Positions 17,859 through 27,419 are shown, counted from the stretch's first letter. The stretch: 46,302 nt of DNA from Gammaproteobacteria bacterium (GCA_029861595.1 JAOTYY010000002.1:1-46302), one strand, 5' to 3'. Made by a program: numbers and translations. Notes: generated by a model from the letters alone, not told the origin.

Positions 17859-18923
17859 TCAGTCGCGGCGCGCAGGGAGAATTTCGCGCAGCCTGGCGCT
17901 CCAGTCCCGCAGCGAGGTCTGGGTCGTCGGCCAGTCGATGCAGGCATCCGTCACCGAGACACCGTACTGGAGCTGCGAAAGATCCTCCGGGATCAATTGA
18001 TTGCCCCAGTTTAGGTGGCTTTCCAGCATCAGGCCGATAATGGAGCGGTTGCCCTCCAGGATCTGATTGACGCAGTTTTCGCCGACCAGGGTCTGCAAGG
18101 CAGGGTCCTTGTTGGAATTGCCATGGCTGCAGTCGACCACGATGTTGCTGGCCAGGCCGGCTTTTTCCAGTGCCTGCTCGCACAGAGCCACGTTCACCGA
18201 GTCATAGTTGGGTCGACCCCCACCGCCGCGCAGAATTACGTGTCCGTACGCATTACCCCGCGTGCGTAACACGCTGATCTTGCCCTCCTGGTCGATGCCC
18301 AGAAAATGGTGCGGCTGCGAGACCGACTGCAGCGCGTTGATCGCCACATCCAGCGAACCGTCGGTACCGTTCTTGAAACCGGCCGGCATCGACAGACCGC
18401 TGGCCATTTCGCGGTGCGTCTGCGACTCGGTGGTGCGTGCGCCGATCGCCGCCCAGGTGAGCAGGTCGGACATGTACTGCGTCGAGATCGGGTCGAGGGC
18501 TTCCGTGGCCGTCGGCAGGCCCAGCTCGGCCAGCTCCAGCAGCAATTCGCGGGCGACGTACAGGCCCTTTTCGATGTGGAACGAATCGTCCATGAAGGGA
18601 TCGTTGATCAGGCCTTTCCAACCGACTGTGGTACGCGGCTTCTCGAAATAAACGCGCATGATCAGCAACAGTGTGTCGCTCACTTCGTCGGCCAGTTCCT
18701 TCAGTTTCCGAGCGTACTCGCGCGCCGCCTTCGGATCATGGATCGAGCACGGACCGACAACGATCAGGATGCGGTGGTCCTTACGATCGAGAATGTTATG
18801 CACGGACTTGCGCCCGGCAAGCACCGTGTTCCCGGCCGCCGGCGAGTTCGGTAAATCCTGTTTGACCTGCTGCGGTGTGGGCAGCAGCTCCTGCTTGACG
18901 ACATTGACGTTTTCGAGTTGCAT
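17859..18923 (-). CDS. 3-deoxy-7-phosphoheptulonate (DAHP) synthase, class I-alpha (AroF/G/H family)
   Basis: VGPCSIHD, MRVYFEKPRTTVGWKG, IGARTTESQTHRE, GFKNGTDG, DCSHGNS, YGVSVTDAC. Confidence 0.96.
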   Translation of the reverse strand: MQLENVNVVKQELLPTPQQVKQDLPNSPAAGNTVLAGRKSVHNILDRKDHRILIVVGPCSIHDPKAAREYARKLKELADEVSDTLLLIMRVYFEKPRTTVGWKGLINDPFMDDSFHIEKGLYVARELLLELAELGLPTATEALDPISTQYMSDLLTWAAIGARTTESQTHREMASGLSMPAGFKNGTDGSLDVAINALQSVSQPHHFLGIDQEGKISVLRTRGNAYGHVILRGGGGRPNYDSVNVALCEQALEKAGLASNIVVDCSHGNSNKDPALQTLVGENCVNQILEGNRSIIGLMLESHLNWGNQLIPEDLSQLQYGVSVTDACIDWPTTQTSLRDWSARLREILPARRD

Positions 18924-19034
18924 GTTGATGTCCGATTTGTGCCAATTCACCGCGTTGCTCCGGGTAAAACGCTGCGCGCCGTCGACCACGCGCACCACGA
19001 CCACCCGCGGCGGCACGGCCAGTACTTCTCAAGC

Positions 19035-19064
19035 CCGGTTCCCGCGCTCGAGCGCGGGAACCGG
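19035..19064. repeat. Perfect 30-bp palindrome (REP-like)
   Basis: CCGGTTCCCGCGCTCGAGCGCGGGAACCGG is its own reverse complement. Confidence 0.8.
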
Positions 19065-19252
19065 ATAGTGTACCTGGGAAAAGACGCTCACGCCGGTCCA
19101 CCTGTTCCGCGCCGGCAGTGCCCTCACCGGGATGCCGGAAATACCCGGCGCAGTGCCGGGTGCCGAACGGGGTAACAGCAGCTGTCACGGCCGCGTTCCG
19201 GGGCGGCGGCGGGGTGCTTGGCAAGCTGTTGCCGAGCGGCCATACTGCAACG

Positions 19253-19801
19253 ATGCGTTTCCTGGTGTTGCTGTTTTCATTGCTGTTTGGGCCGCTCGGT
19301 ACGGCCCTGTCCGATCAGAAAGACGAGCGGCTGGACGGGTTGTTTGCGCAACTGCATGCCACCGCAGACGCGCAGTTAGCGCAGGGCATCACCCGGCAGA
19401 TCTGGGAGATCTGGTATCAGACGGACGACGTCAGAGGGCGCGAAATCTTCGTGCGCGGCGAGCAGCATATGCAGGAAGGCCGTTTCGACCAGGCGTTGAC
19501 CGCGTTTGACGAGCTGGTGAAGCTGACGCCCGGGTTTGCCGAAGCCTGGAACCGTCGCGCGACGTTGCTGTATCTGATGGGCGAGCACTCCGCGTCTATA
19601 GACGATATCAAGCACACGCTGGTGCTGGAACCGCGACATTTCGGTGCGCTGTCCGGATTGGGGCTGATCTACCTGCACAGCGAGCAGTGGGACGCTGCAA
19701 TCAGCGCGTTCCGCAAAGCACTGGAAGTCAACCCGCACCTGCCGGGGCCGAAGCTGAACATAGAGATGATCGAACAACACACACGAGGCAGCACGATTTA
19801 A
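19253..19801 (+). CDS. Exported tetratricopeptide-repeat protein
   Basis: Signal peptide; PGFAEAWNRRATLLY, LEPRHFGALSGLGLI, ALEVNP. Confidence 0.88.
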   Translation: MRFLVLLFSLLFGPLGTALSDQKDERLDGLFAQLHATADAQLAQGITRQIWEIWYQTDDVRGREIFVRGEQHMQEGRFDQALTAFDELVKLTPGFAEAWNRRATLLYLMGEHSASIDDIKHTLVLEPRHFGALSGLGLIYLHSEQWDAAISAFRKALEVNPHLPGPKLNIEMIEQHTRGSTI

Positions 19802-19805
19802 GACT

Positions 19806-21200
19806 ATGGCTGTTGCGATCACACAGGTAGTAGATATCGATCCCACGCTGGAGCGTCTGGGCGCTTTGCTGGGCGATAGAATCACCACGTCGGCGGCGGT
19901 TTGCGAACGTCATGGCCGCGACGAGTCGTATCATGAAGGTGCGCCACCGCAGGCGGTGGTCTATCCGCAAAGTACCGAGGAAGTGGCCGAGATCGTCTCG
20001 ATTTGCGCAGCGGCAAAGGTGCCGATGATCCCCTACGGAACCGGCACGTCCCTTGAGGGACATGTGGCGGCTCTGGCCGGCGGTGTGTGCATCGATATGA
20101 TGCAGATGAATCAGATCATGCGGGTCAATGCCGAGGATCTCGACGTGGTGGTGCAACCGGGTGTCACGCGCAAGGAACTTAACAATTATTTGCGCGATAC
20201 GGGTTTGTTCTTCCCCATGGATCCCGGTGCCGACGCCTCGGTGGGCGGCATGACTGCGACACGGGCGTCCGGTACCAACGCCGTGCGTTACGGCACCATG
20301 CGCGAAGCGGTGATTGCGCTGACCGTGGTGCTTGCCGACGGGCGGATCATCAAAACTGGACGCCGTGCGCGTAAATCGGCTGCCGGCTACGACCTGACCC
20401 GCTTGTTCGTCGGCTCCGAAGGCACGCTGGGCGTCATCACCGAGATCACCCTGCGTGTATACGGCATTCCGGAGGCGATCTCGTCTGCGGTGTGCACTTT
20501 CGACACCCTGGCCGGCGCCGTCGACACGGTGATAATGACTATCCAGATGGGCGTGCCAGTAGCACGCATCGAGTTGCTGGACGAGCTGCAGATCGACGCG
20601 GTCAACAAGTACTCGGATCTTTCGCTGACGGTTGCGCCGACGCTGTTCCTGGAGTTTCACGGCAGCGAGGCGTCGGTCGCCGAGCAGGCACAAACGGTTG
20701 GCGAGATCGCCGCCGGCGAAGGCGGCAAGGATTTCGCTTGGACCACTAACACCGAAGAGCGCAACAAGCTCTGGCAGGCGCGCCACGATGCGGCCTACGC
20801 CAATAAAGCCGCACGCCCGGGCGCGCAGCTCTGGGCCACGGACGTATGCGTGCCGATTTCGCGGCTCGCGGAATGCATTCTGGAAACGCGCCGCGACATC
20901 GACGAAAGCAATCTGTTTGCGCCGATCGTCGGCCATGTCGGCGATGGCAATTTTCACCTGAGCCTGGTTATCGATCCTCGAGATGCCGATGAGCTCGCGC
21001 GGGCCGAGGCGTTGAACGAGCGTCTGGTAGCACGCGCGCTGGCGATGGAGGGGACCTGTACCGGCGAGCACGGCATCGGCTGCGGCAAGCTGCAGTTCCT
21101 GCACGATGAACTTGGCGATGCCGTGGATGTGATGCGCGCCGTCAAAAAGGCGCTGGACCCCTATAACCTAATGAATCCTGGCAAGATCGTCAGTCTTTGA
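19806..21200 (+). CDS. FAD-linked oxidase (D-lactate dehydrogenase / GlcD-like)
   Basis: PYGTGTSLEGH, AAGYDLTRLFVGSEGTLGVITE, GHVGDGNFH, TGEHGIG, KKALDPYNLMNPGK. Confidence 0.93.
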   Translation: MAVAITQVVDIDPTLERLGALLGDRITTSAAVCERHGRDESYHEGAPPQAVVYPQSTEEVAEIVSICAAAKVPMIPYGTGTSLEGHVAALAGGVCIDMMQMNQIMRVNAEDLDVVVQPGVTRKELNNYLRDTGLFFPMDPGADASVGGMTATRASGTNAVRYGTMREAVIALTVVLADGRIIKTGRRARKSAAGYDLTRLFVGSEGTLGVITEITLRVYGIPEAISSAVCTFDTLAGAVDTVIMTIQMGVPVARIELLDELQIDAVNKYSDLSLTVAPTLFLEFHGSEASVAEQAQTVGEIAAGEGGKDFAWTTNTEERNKLWQARHDAAYANKAARPGAQLWATDVCVPISRLAECILETRRDIDESNLFAPIVGHVGDGNFHLSLVIDPRDADELARAEALNERLVARALAMEGTCTGEHGIGCGKLQFLHDELGDAVDVMRAVKKALDPYNLMNPGKIVSL

Positions 21201-21214
21201 CGCGCGTCTGAGTG

Positions 21215-21303
21215 CCCCCATCTCGATCCTTCTCCACCAAGGGGAAAAGGGCTTTGATTGTTCCCTCTCGTTCTGCTCTGGGAGAGCGGCAGGGAGTGAG
21301 GGT
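21215..21303. repeat. boxC-like repeat cluster 3 (two degenerate inverted units)
   Basis: CCCCCATCTCGATCCTTCTCC..GGGGAAAAGGG and CCCTCTC..GGGAGAG..AGGGAGTGAGGGT; the last 13 nt also end cluster 2. Confidence 0.6.
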
Positions 21304-21589
21304 TCCATTTGGTCAAGAATTGCACCCGCCTGCCGATCTGTTGGTGGAACGTTTGACCGTAAGCACAGGTCAAACTACAGTAGCGCCGCACCGCCCCAAA
21401 AGGGCAAGGCGCGCTACGTCAACCAACCCCTTGCAGTGATCCTGCTGTGGAGAAACCGATGATCGATTCATCGTCCACCTCCGGCCGGCGTCGCCGTTGC
21501 GCTGCACACAACGAACTCTAGTAGACAGGCCCGTGCCGTTCCAAGCCGAGCATCGGTCTGACCGTCGCGAAACGGCAGACAACCGGCAC

Positions 21590-21605
21590 TGGCGCGAATT
21601 CTGCA
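21590..21605 (+). promoter_or_regulatory. Candidate sigma54 (-24/-12) promoter of the Leu/Phe/Val dehydrogenase gene
   Basis: TGGCGCGAATTCTGCA = GG-N10-GC, 40 nt upstream of the ATG; GGAGG RBS follows. Confidence 0.55.
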
Positions 21606-21645
21606 ATTCCTTTTAACGGCCACGGCAGCGTGGGAGGTTTGCATC

Positions 21646-22725
21646 ATGAACGTTTTTGCGCACGCAGAATTCGACGCTCACGAGCAGGTGTGTTTCTGCC
21701 ACGACCAGGCATCCGGGCTGCGGGCTATTATCGCCATTCATAATACCGCCCTGGGACCCGCGCTGGGCGGTGTGCGCATGTGGCCCTATGCCGACGAGGC
21801 GGCTGCGCTGGCCGATGTCTTGCGACTGTCGCGTGGCATGACGTACAAATCGGCTCTCGCCGGTCTGCAACTGGGTGGTGGTAAATCGGTCATTATCGGT
21901 GATCCAGCCCGGGACAAGTCCCGTGCACTGATGATCGCCATGGGCGAGGCCGTGAACGGTTTGGGCGGCCGCTACATTGCCGCGGAGGATTCCGGCACCA
22001 CGGTCGAGGATCTCAAGGCGATGCGCGACGTGACCCGCCATGTTGCCGGCATCGCCGATAAACCGACAGCGCAGGGTGGCATGCGCACGGGAGACCCATC
22101 GCCAGCCACCGCTTACGGCGTGTACGCAGGCATCCGTGCCGCCGTTGCCTTTCGTTTGCAACGCGACGAACTCGATGGCGTGCGCGTGGCTGTGCAGGGT
22201 GTCGGCAGCGTCGGCTTCAAACTGGCGAAGCGTCTCGCCGCGCAAGGTGCCCGGTTGTGGCTGACCGATATAGATACGGACCGTGCGCGTCTGGCGTGTG
22301 GTGAAGTCAACGCGAAGCTGGTGACACCGGAAGAAATTTTCGCTCTGGACGTCGATGTGTTCGCGCCGTGTGCGATGGGCGCGGTGATCAATGACGACAC
22401 CGCCGCAACGTTGCGGGCGCGCATCGTCGCCGGCGCCGCCAATAATCAGCTGGCGCAGCCCCGGCATGCAGACGCACTCGCGGAGCGCGGCATACTTTAC
22501 GCGCCCGACTACGTGATCAATGCTGGCGGTGTGATTGACGTTGCGCTGGAACTCGAGTCGTTCGATGTCGATGCCGTGAACGAGCGCGTCGCGGGCATCG
22601 GTGCCACCCTCACGGAGATTTTTGAGCGTGCCGAGCGCGAGGGACGCAACACCAGCGAGGTCGCTGATCGGCTGGCCCGGGAAAAGTTACAGGGCAAACG
22701 TGATATGCGTGAGAGCGCGCGATAA
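21646..22725 (+). CDS. ldh: Glu/Leu/Phe/Val dehydrogenase (leucine dehydrogenase type)
   Basis: [63 protein letters not shown]. Confidence 0.93.
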   Translation: MNVFAHAEFDAHEQVCFCHDQASGLRAIIAIHNTALGPALGGVRMWPYADEAAALADVLRLSRGMTYKSALAGLQLGGGKSVIIGDPARDKSRALMIAMGEAVNGLGGRYIAAEDSGTTVEDLKAMRDVTRHVAGIADKPTAQGGMRTGDPSPATAYGVYAGIRAAVAFRLQRDELDGVRVAVQGVGSVGFKLAKRLAAQGARLWLTDIDTDRARLACGEVNAKLVTPEEIFALDVDVFAPCAMGAVINDDTAATLRARIVAGAANNQLAQPRHADALAERGILYAPDYVINAGGVIDVALELESFDVDAVNERVAGIGATLTEIFERAEREGRNTSEVADRLAREKLQGKRDMRESAR

Positions 22726-22741
22726 TGGGCACGAAAGCTCG

Positions 22742-23167
22742 CTACAACCAGTGCGCCATCAGCACGCGGTCCTCGATTTCATAGTCGAGCGAACGGTAAA
22801 AGTCGACGACGGCGTGGTTGTCGGGCCTCAACATGAGCATGACTTTGCCGACACCGCGCTCCGCCAGCCAGTTCTCGGCGGCCCGTACTACCTGCTGCCC
22901 GACGCCATGGCGTTGTAGATCCGGCGCCACAGCCAGATAGTACAACCAGCCGCGATGGCCGTCGCTGCCCAGCATTACGCTGGCGCCGAGCCCTTTGCGT
23001 TCGGGATGTTCTCTGACGAGAATCGTGCTCGACGGGTTCTCAAGGCAGCGGTCGATGTCTTTCTGCGGGTCGTTCCAGGGTCGCAGCAGATCGCAATCGG
23101 ACCAGAGCGTGGCCAGCGCCGCGAAATCGTTCGCGCCATACTCGCGCACCGACAGATCCTCTGTCAT
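22742..23167 (-). CDS. GNAT acetyltransferase (YpeA-like)
   Basis: LRPWNDPQKDI, DGHRGWLYYLAV, QRHGVG, NHAVVDFY. Confidence 0.9.
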   Translation of the reverse strand: MTEDLSVREYGANDFAALATLWSDCDLLRPWNDPQKDIDRCLENPSSTILVREHPERKGLGASVMLGSDGHRGWLYYLAVAPDLQRHGVGQQVVRAAENWLAERGVGKVMLMLRPDNHAVVDFYRSLDYEIEDRVLMAHWL

Positions 23168-23355
23168 GTCCGGTAAGCACCTGCAACGGTCCTGCCGCGA
23201 TAGCCACTGCGTCTTTTTGCCAGCACGGGCCGCATAAATTCTCTCCCGGTTGGAAATGAGCGAGGGATGGTACACCACGCCACGGGGTTCCCCGCGTGGC
23301 AGGCGCGCGCCGGTGGACATATACTACGGGTTTCGGCGCGAACCGGTGAGAAGAT

Positions 23356-24231
23356 ATGTTCAAAGGTAGTATGGTTGCCATGGCGACGCCCATGCACGCA
23401 GACGGGTCGCTGGACGAGGATTCACTGGCACGCCTGGTGGAGTTCCATATAGAGAACGACACTGACGCGATCATCGCGGTCGGCACCACCGGCGAATCGG
23501 CGACGCTGGATATTCCCGAGCACAGCTACGTCATAAAACGTGTTGTCGACCTAGTCGCCAGACGCATCCCGGTCATCGGCGGCACCGGTGCCAATTCCAC
23601 CAGCGAGGCGATCGAACTGACACAAAACGCCAAGAATGCGGGTGTCGACGCCTGCCTGCTGGTCACGCCGTACTACAACAAACCTACTCAGGAGGGTCTG
23701 TACCTGCACTTCAAGGCAGTTGCCGAGGCGGTCTCGATAGACCAGATTCTCTACAACGTCCCCGGCCGCACTGCGGTCGACATGCTGCCCGATACCGTGG
23801 CCCGTCTTTCCGTGGTGGACAACATCATCGGCGTGAAGGAAGCCACCGGCAGCGTGGAGCGCGCCAGCGAGATCATTGCCAGTTGCGATGACAATTTCGG
23901 CGTCTATTCGGGCGAAGACCACAATGCGATGGAAGTGATTCTCGCTGGCGGTCATGGCGTTATTTCAGTGACCGCGAATGTGGCGCCTAGGTTGATGCAT
24001 GACATGTGCGATGCGGCGCTGGCGGCTGACCGTGCTGCGGCAACCAAGATCAACGACAAACTGATACCACTGCATCGCGAGTTGTTTTGCGAATCGAATC
24101 CGATACCCGCCAAGTGGGCGCTGCAGCAGATGGGCTTGATCGAAAAGGGCATTCGCCTGCCGCTGACCTGGCTTTCCGAGGCCAGGCATCAAAACGTGAG
24201 AGCAGCGTTAGAAACCGCTGGCGTGCTTTGA
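23356..24231 (+). CDS. dapA: 4-hydroxy-tetrahydrodipicolinate synthase
   Basis: GTTGES, PYYNKPTQEG, LYNVPGRT, GVKEA, ESNPIP. Confidence 0.97.
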   Translation: MFKGSMVAMATPMHADGSLDEDSLARLVEFHIENDTDAIIAVGTTGESATLDIPEHSYVIKRVVDLVARRIPVIGGTGANSTSEAIELTQNAKNAGVDACLLVTPYYNKPTQEGLYLHFKAVAEAVSIDQILYNVPGRTAVDMLPDTVARLSVVDNIIGVKEATGSVERASEIIASCDDNFGVYSGEDHNAMEVILAGGHGVISVTANVAPRLMHDMCDAALAADRAAATKINDKLIPLHRELFCESNPIPAKWALQQMGLIEKGIRLPLTWLSEARHQNVRAALETAGVL

Positions 24232-25361
24232 GGCAGACCGCTTTCAAGACAGTCTGCCGTACGCTGGCGGCCGGTGGCATTGCCCTCGGCGTTACATCCT
24301 GTGGCATGTTAGGAAAGCACAGTGACGACCCGACGGTTGCCTACGTCTCCGCAGAGGAACGCGCGCTCCTGGAAATTCCACCGGATCTTTCCAGCAATGC
24401 GCGCGAGGCGCTGTTGCGACTTCCGGAGAGCGGCAAGAGTAAAATTGCTCACAGTACCTTGTTGCCCAGTCCCGAATCCGTGCGTCTGGTCCGCGATGGG
24501 TCCGCACGCTGGCTGGAACTGGATGCGGACGCGCGCGAGCTATGGCCGTCGCTGAAGGACTTTCTCACCCACCATGGCTACCAGATAGCCCGTGACGAAC
24601 CGTTGCTGGGCGTGATCGAAACGGAGTGGCGGAACGTGACCGAGGAGAGTTCGAGCGGCATCGGTGGCGCCGTCGCGGATCTCTTCTCCGGTCCTGCGGA
24701 CAAACCCAGAGAACGTTTTCGGCTGCGCGTGGAGCGCATCTCCGACGCCGACAAAACCGTGCGGCTGTTCGTCACCCAGCGGCGTATCGTACCGGCGGTT
24801 GTGGCCGACGCCCGCGGCCGGCCGACCGACGAGGGTGTTCTGATCAAGCGTCCACCGCAGAGCGAGCAGGAAACGGAAATGTTATTGCGCCTGCTGGTGT
24901 TTCTTGGCGTGCAGGAGCAGGTCGCCAGGGGCGTGCTCACGTCCGACGAAGTGGAGCAGCTGGCGGCGCGCGCGTACCTCGAAGAAAAGAGCGGCGAGTT
25001 GACATTGGTGGTGGCGGAAACGCATCACCGGGTATGGCCGCTGGCGGGCGAGGCGATCGAAGAGATCGGGCTGGACATCGAAAACACGGTCAAATCGGAA
25101 TCCCGATACGAGGTGCTGTTCGAGGGTGTTCCGCCTGCTGACGACACTGCGCAGGCCACGCAAGACGCCGGGGACAACGAGCAGCAGGGATTCTTCTTCG
25201 GGCTGTTCGGCGATGAGCAAAAGATCGAACAATACTATCAGGTGTACGTTCTGGAAGAGCCGGGCAAGACGCGAATCACGATTACTGATGCCACCGGGTC
25301 TTCCAAGCTGCCCGCGCTGGAGAAACAGATCCTGCAGCGCTTGCACGAGAAACTGCGTTGA
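24228..25361 (+). CDS. bamC: Outer-membrane assembly lipoprotein BamC (NlpB/DapX)
   Basis: Overlaps the dapA stop; lipobox VTSC; LEIPPDL, RDGSARWL, GVIETEW, RERFRLRVER; conserved dapA-bamC synteny. Confidence 0.82.
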   Translation: MRQTAFKTVCRTLAAGGIALGVTSCGMLGKHSDDPTVAYVSAEERALLEIPPDLSSNAREALLRLPESGKSKIAHSTLLPSPESVRLVRDGSARWLELDADARELWPSLKDFLTHHGYQIARDEPLLGVIETEWRNVTEESSSGIGGAVADLFSGPADKPRERFRLRVERISDADKTVRLFVTQRRIVPAVVADARGRPTDEGVLIKRPPQSEQETEMLLRLLVFLGVQEQVARGVLTSDEVEQLAARAYLEEKSGELTLVVAETHHRVWPLAGEAIEEIGLDIENTVKSESRYEVLFEGVPPADDTAQATQDAGDNEQQGFFFGLFGDEQKIEQYYQVYVLEEPGKTRITITDATGSSKLPALEKQILQRLHEKLR

Positions 25362-25622
25362 ACTGTCGTTGCCGGCCACGAGACGCTACCTACTGCCCCT
25401 GGATAGACATCCCCATGATGCTTGCCGCCCGGATGTCGGAGGAAAAGCGGCGGAGCGGCTGATCGACTGAGCCGGGTTGTGCTTGGCAAGCGACCCTTGG
25501 AACATTTCAAAACAGCGAATGGAACGATCGCGCCGACGCAGTCTGTGGACCGCTGGGACGAAGGGAAGGGTGCCCGGCGTTATCCTTTCCAACCGTGGGG
25601 CGTGTATCAAGGGGGATCAATC

Positions 25623-26381
25623 GTGCGTTTTGCTTCACTGGGCAGTGGCAGTGCGGGCAATGCCACGTTGATCGCTGCGGCCGATACCTGCCTGCTGCTG
25701 GACTGCGGGTTCACGATCAAGGAAACGGTCAGGCGCCTGGCCAATCTCGGCGTCAGTCCGGAGTCGCTGACGGGCATCGCGGTGACGCACGAACACGCCG
25801 ATCATGCGGGCGGCGTAGGGCCGCTGGCGCGGCGTTTCGATTTACCCGTCTGGGCTACCTACGGAACGCTTGCTATGCTTCGCGACAGCGACCTGCCGCG
25901 GATCACTCCGATCCACGCACATCGCAGTCTGCAGATTGGTGACCTGGAAGTGCACCCGTTTCCGGTACCGCACGATGCGGCCGAGCCCTGTCAGTTCGTG
26001 TTCGCCTGCCGCGACGCACGTCTGGGGGTGCTCACCGACACAGGGTCCATCACCGCTCATATCGTGAGTCATCTGCGTGGGTGCCGCAGCTTGATCCTGG
26101 AGTGCAATCACGATGCCGACATGTTGCGCGCGGGGCCTTACCCACCTGCAGTGCAGGCGCGGGTAGCCAGCCCTTATGGTCATCTGGGCAATCACCAGGC
26201 GGCCGAATTGCTGCAAAAGCTCGCTACCGATGAGCTGGATACGTTGCTGCTCGCGCACATCAGCGGCAATAACAATACTCCCGAGGAAGCATTGCGCTGC
26301 GTCAGCGCGGCGCTTGGCTGCGCGCCGGACTGGCCAGGTGTGCTGCGGCAGGAAAGCGAATCCGACTGGTTCGAGGTGTAA
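25623..26381 (+). CDS. MBL-fold metallo-hydrolase (YycJ/WalJ-like)
   Basis: ASLGSGSAGN, THEHADH, VPHDAAEP, LECNHD, GHLGN, AHIS..NN. Confidence 0.9.
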   Translation: MRFASLGSGSAGNATLIAAADTCLLLDCGFTIKETVRRLANLGVSPESLTGIAVTHEHADHAGGVGPLARRFDLPVWATYGTLAMLRDSDLPRITPIHAHRSLQIGDLEVHPFPVPHDAAEPCQFVFACRDARLGVLTDTGSITAHIVSHLRGCRSLILECNHDADMLRAGPYPPAVQARVASPYGHLGNHQAAELLQKLATDELDTLLLAHISGNNNTPEEALRCVSAALGCAPDWPGVLRQESESDWFEV

Positions 26382-26398
26382 CCGCGTTACCGGGCTAT

Positions 26399-26468
26399 GG
26401 GGACATTCTTCTTTTCCGCAGTCCTCAACAAGTGGTGTTTCTTCGCGTCGAAGAAAAAAGAATGTCCC
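26399..26468. repeat. GGGACA...TGTCCC inverted repeat between convergent genes
   Basis: GGGACATTCTTCTTTT (26400-26415) and GAAAAAAGAATGTCCC (26453-26468); 11 bp perfect, 15 bp with one mismatch. Confidence 0.7.
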
Positions 26469-26478
26469 TTTATTTGCC

Positions 26479-27318
26479 TTATTTCCCGCCGGCGTCATCC
26501 ACCTCGATCATCGCGTAAGCGGAATGATTGTGAATGGCTTCGAAGTTCTCCACTTCCAGCGTGTAGGCATGGATGCGCGGCTCCATGTTCAATTGTGCGG
26601 CCACATCGCGAATCACGTCTTCGACGAACTTGGGATTGTCGTACGCCTGCTCGGTGACGAATTTCTCGTCGTGGCGCTTCAAGAACGCATACAACTCGCT
26701 GGATGCCTGATCTTCCACCAGATCGATCAGGTCCTCGATCCACATGCTCGGCTCCACTCTGGCATTGACGGTTACGTGCGAGCGCTGATTGTGCGCGCCG
26801 TAGTCGCTGATTTCCTTTGAGCAGGGGCACAGGCTGGTAATCGGGATTACCGTTGTGACAGTCAGATCGAAGCGCTGTTCGGTCACCGACGCGGCCAATG
26901 TGACAGAGTAGTCCATCAGGCTTTCTACCCCGGACACAGGTGCCTGCTTGCGCAGGAAATAGGGGAAGGTCAGTTCGATATGCCCGGCCCGCGCGTGCAA
27001 CCGCTCGTTCATCATTTCTACCAGCGTCTGCAATCCGCGAATCGACAACGGTTCACGGCTTTCGTTCAGCAACTCGACGAATCGTGACATGTGCGTACCC
27101 TTGTATTCCTTGGGCAGGTGCACCGTCATGCTGGCGTGGGCCACTGTATTGACCGGCGTGCCGCTGCGGTCGACAAACGCCAGCGGATGGCGTAAGTCTT
27201 TGATGCCGACGCGCTGGATGTCGATTTCACGCACGTCCGTACTTGCCTGTACGTCCGGGATGTCGTGACGGTCGGGCGGCAGTGCAGCGACTTGGGATTG
27301 AGGTCGGCTGAGTTTCAT
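26479..27318 (-). CDS. folE2: GTP cyclohydrolase IB (FolE2)
   Basis: IQRVGIK, KGTHMSRF, TSLCPCSKEISDYGAHNQRS, AYDNPKFVED, EAIHNHSA. Confidence 0.96.
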   Translation of the reverse strand: MKLSRPQSQVAALPPDRHDIPDVQASTDVREIDIQRVGIKDLRHPLAFVDRSGTPVNTVAHASMTVHLPKEYKGTHMSRFVELLNESREPLSIRGLQTLVEMMNERLHARAGHIELTFPYFLRKQAPVSGVESLMDYSVTLAASVTEQRFDLTVTTVIPITSLCPCSKEISDYGAHNQRSHVTVNARVEPSMWIEDLIDLVEDQASSELYAFLKRHDEKFVTEQAYDNPKFVEDVIRDVAAQLNMEPRIHAYTLEVENFEAIHNHSAYAMIEVDDAGGK

Positions 27319-27333
27319 GGCCTGCGCTGGATA

Positions 27334-27360
27334 AATATCCGACTAAAGAAGTCGGATATT
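27334..27360. promoter_or_regulatory. Palindromic operator resembling an IscR type-1 (Rrf2) site
   Basis: AATATCCGACT-AAAGA-AGTCGGATATT with perfect 11-bp arms, about 15 nt upstream of the folE2 ATG. Confidence 0.55.
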
Positions 27361-27419
27361 AGCAGCCGCGGAGCGGCAGGTCGATTGCGTGTGACGGTAG
27401 TACCCTGTTGGACAGGACA

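Noticed and set aside
18924-19252. Attenuator leader peptide for the DAHP synthase
   Set aside because: I found no short Phe/Tyr/Trp-rich ORF and no U-tailed terminator on the minus strand
19728-21104. Long antisense or alternative-frame ORFs (e.g. 19728..21104, 9983..11287, 28113..29396, 32367..33458, 38447..39502)
   Set aside because: Shadow ORFs of well-supported genes, expected at high GC, with no recognisable motifs
21445-21530. Glycine-riboswitch-like GGAGA..hairpin..ACTCT motif
   Set aside because: The conserved CCGAAG and CTCTCAGG elements are missing
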